Shown here: positions 62,353 to 64,000 of the stretch, piece by piece
Layout: every line of letters starts with the position of its first letter
Position numbering within the stretch: the first letter of the stretch is position 1
Assembly: GCA_965248755.1 (NCBI GenBank)
Contig: OZ252149.1
Coordinates: 1,440,001-1,504,000, forward strand
DNA from: Candidatus Latescibacterota bacterium
Lineage (GTDB): Bacteria > Latescibacterota > CBDEFO01
Length of the DNA: 64,000 nt
Direction of reading: 5' to 3'
Position numbers and translations under genes: made by a program
Notes under the pieces: model-generated
Database searches by the model: none
What the model was told of the DNA's origin: nothing
Seen by the model: only the letters and a program-made list of their open reading frames with translations

Positions 62353-64000
62353 CGACAGCGGCTGATCTCACTTTCATCCTCTTTTTATCCTGCCTGTTTT
62401 GCCATTCCACCAATATGGGACTCGCTACGAACGAAGATGAATAAGTTCCTACGATGACGCCCACTGTCAGCGCAAAGGCAAAGCCTCGCGTCACCTGGCC
62501 CCCTAAGAACAGGAGCACTAAAACTACAGAAAGCGTGGTCAGCGATGTTATAAGAGTCCTGCTTAAAGATTCGTTGATTCCCCTGTTTACTATCTCGTCA
62601 TATCTTTCTCGCCGGTAGACCCCGAAGTCCTCTCTTATCCTGTCGAATATCACAATTGTATCGTTTAAGGAGTAACCCACAATTGCCAAAAGCGCCGCCA
62701 CAACTGCAAGCGATATCTCACCGCCGTAGATGGAAAATATCCCCAAAGTTATCAGAACATCGTGGAAGAGGGCTACTACAGCCGCAATCCCGAATCTAAT
62801 ATCCTTGAACCTGTACCATATATAGACTATAATCAAAGCAAGAGACAGAAATATAGCCTTCACAGCGTCTCTTCCTAATTCTCCACCTATCTTGGGACCG
62901 ACCTTCTCCTCTCTTCTGAGCCAGTCTATCTCATCTTGAATGCTCCCCCTAAAATCGGCTTTGAGCTTCGTCTTTATGGCCGCACCTACGTCCAGTTCCT
63001 CGCCGAAATCCTGGGTCCTTATCAGGACATCGTTTTCATTTCCGAATTCTTTGATCTCACTTTTGCCGAGATCCATACTCTGTCCGTTGACGCCCACGTT
63101 TCCTAAGGCATCTCTGACAGCTTGGACCGAGACAGGGGGGTCAAAATGCAGCTCCAGAAGGGTTCCGCCCGCAAAATCTATCCCCATATTAAGTCCACCG
63201 TGCAGACCCATGGAGATGATACCCACAGCCGCTACAACAACTGAAGTCAAAAATCCCAGACGCCTTCTCTTTATAAAGCCGAAGTTGCTGTCCCTGAATG
63301 CATCTGCACTGCCGATGCTCAGGCTTTTGACGTTCCTTATCCCTGTATAGTAATTGAATATGATCCTTGTGACAAAAAGGGCGGTGAACATGCTTGAAAC
63401 TATTCCGATGGACAGTGTCAATGCAAACCCTTTGATCGGTCCGGTTCCGAACTGTCCCAGCACTAAAGCGACCATAAGTGTTGTGACGTTGGAGTCTAAG
63501 ATGGCAGAAAAGGCCCTCGAATATCCGGTGTCTATCGCCGCTCTGACAGTCTTACCCGACCTGAGCTCTTCTCTTATCCTCTGGAAGATCAGCACGTTGG
63601 CGTCCACAGCCATGCCAACAGTCAGCACTATCCCCGCGATCCCTGGGAGAGTCAAAGTAGCGTGCAGTCCCGAAAGGACAGACAGTATGAATATTATATT
63701 CAGAGCCAGCGCAAAGTCCGCCACCAGACCGGCCAGTCTGTAGTATACGATCATAAATATCGCTACGATAATAAGACCTATGATAATGGCCGTTTTGCCC
63801 TTTTCTACAGAATCCTTTCCCAGTGAAGGCCCTATCGTCCGGTCCTCGATAGTGATCACATTTGCGGGGAGTGCACCGGCTCTAAGAACTATGACCAGAT
63901 CCCTTGCTTCCTCCAGCGTCGCGCTACCTGTGATTTCCCCACTTCCTGTTATCTTCGAATCGATCCTAGGTGCCGAATACGCTCTCCCATCCAATACGAT
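62339..64000 (-). CDS. secDF: Fused protein translocase subunit SecDF (5' end outside the window)
   Basis: [23 protein letters not shown] (SecD); [29 protein letters not shown] (SecF) in one frame. Confidence 0.95.
   Translation of the reverse strand: MVLDGRAYSAPRIDSKITGSGEITGSATLEEARDLVIVLRAGALPANVITIEDRTIGPSLGKDSVEKGKTAIIIGLIIVAIFMIVYYRLAGLVADFALALNIIFILSVLSGLHATLTLPGIAGIVLTVGMAVDANVLIFQRIREELRSGKTVRAAIDTGYSRAFSAILDSNVTTLMVALVLGQFGTGPIKGFALTLSIGIVSSMFTALFVTRIIFNYYTGIRNVKSLSIGSADAFRDSNFGFIKRRRLGFLTSVVVAAVGIISMGLHGGLNMGIDFAGGTLLELHFDPPVSVQAVRDALGNVGVNGQSMDLGKSEIKEFGNENDVLIRTQDFGEELDVGAAIKTKLKADFRGSIQDEIDWLRREEKVGPKIGGELGRDAVKAIFLSLALIIVYIWYRFKDIRFGIAAVVALFHDVLITLGIFSIYGGEISLAVVAALLAIVGYSLNDTIVIFDRIREDFGVYRRERYDEIVNRGINESLSRTLITSLTTLSVVLVLLFLGGQVTRGFAFALTVGVIVGTYSSSFVASPILVEWQNRQDKKRMKVRSAAVARTR

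Noticed and set aside
1..64000. CRISPR array, tRNA or rRNA
   Set aside because: No regularly spaced repeats with unique spacers and no cloverleaf or rRNA signature seen. The periodic repeats are coding (PD40, NHL) or gene duplications.

Overview
Bacterial chromosome segment. The lineage is probably an FCB-group candidate phylum such as Latescibacterota; this is an inference from C-terminal protein motifs and MurA/GlmM types. It alternates housekeeping blocks (rho-rpmE-prfA-prmC-fabF-like; glmM-zapA-murA-Clp1-like; tyrS, PBP1A, secDF) with accessory blocks. The accessory blocks are: a sialidase-like pair plus an aldolase; a GC-rich sodium:solute symporter flanked by IS remnants; an 18.5-kb co-oriented cell-surface locus (PD40 propeller, two tandem paralogs ending in TWGRIK, three paralogs with PFTPNGDGIND/FlgD-Ig C-terminal domains, an 898-aa putative outer-membrane protein, a GT-C/TPR glycosyltransferase and a SurA-like lipoprotein); five tandem enolase-superfamily genes, four of them mosaic paralogs; and a decaying catabolic island with integrase, STAND-ATPase and GH15 remnants and an IS256. 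The most striking sequence-level signal is a ~21-27-bp palindrome (TCCCCGATAGATTCAATCGGGGAT) at eight sites. It sits in-frame inside glmM, the fabF-like gene, prmC and a sialidase paralog (peptide SPIDSIxD) and also stacks into itself. Three copies of a 235-bp TA-flanked MITE are present. No rRNA, tRNA, CRISPR array or reverse transcriptase was found. All family calls come from motif recognition by eye, not from database searches.
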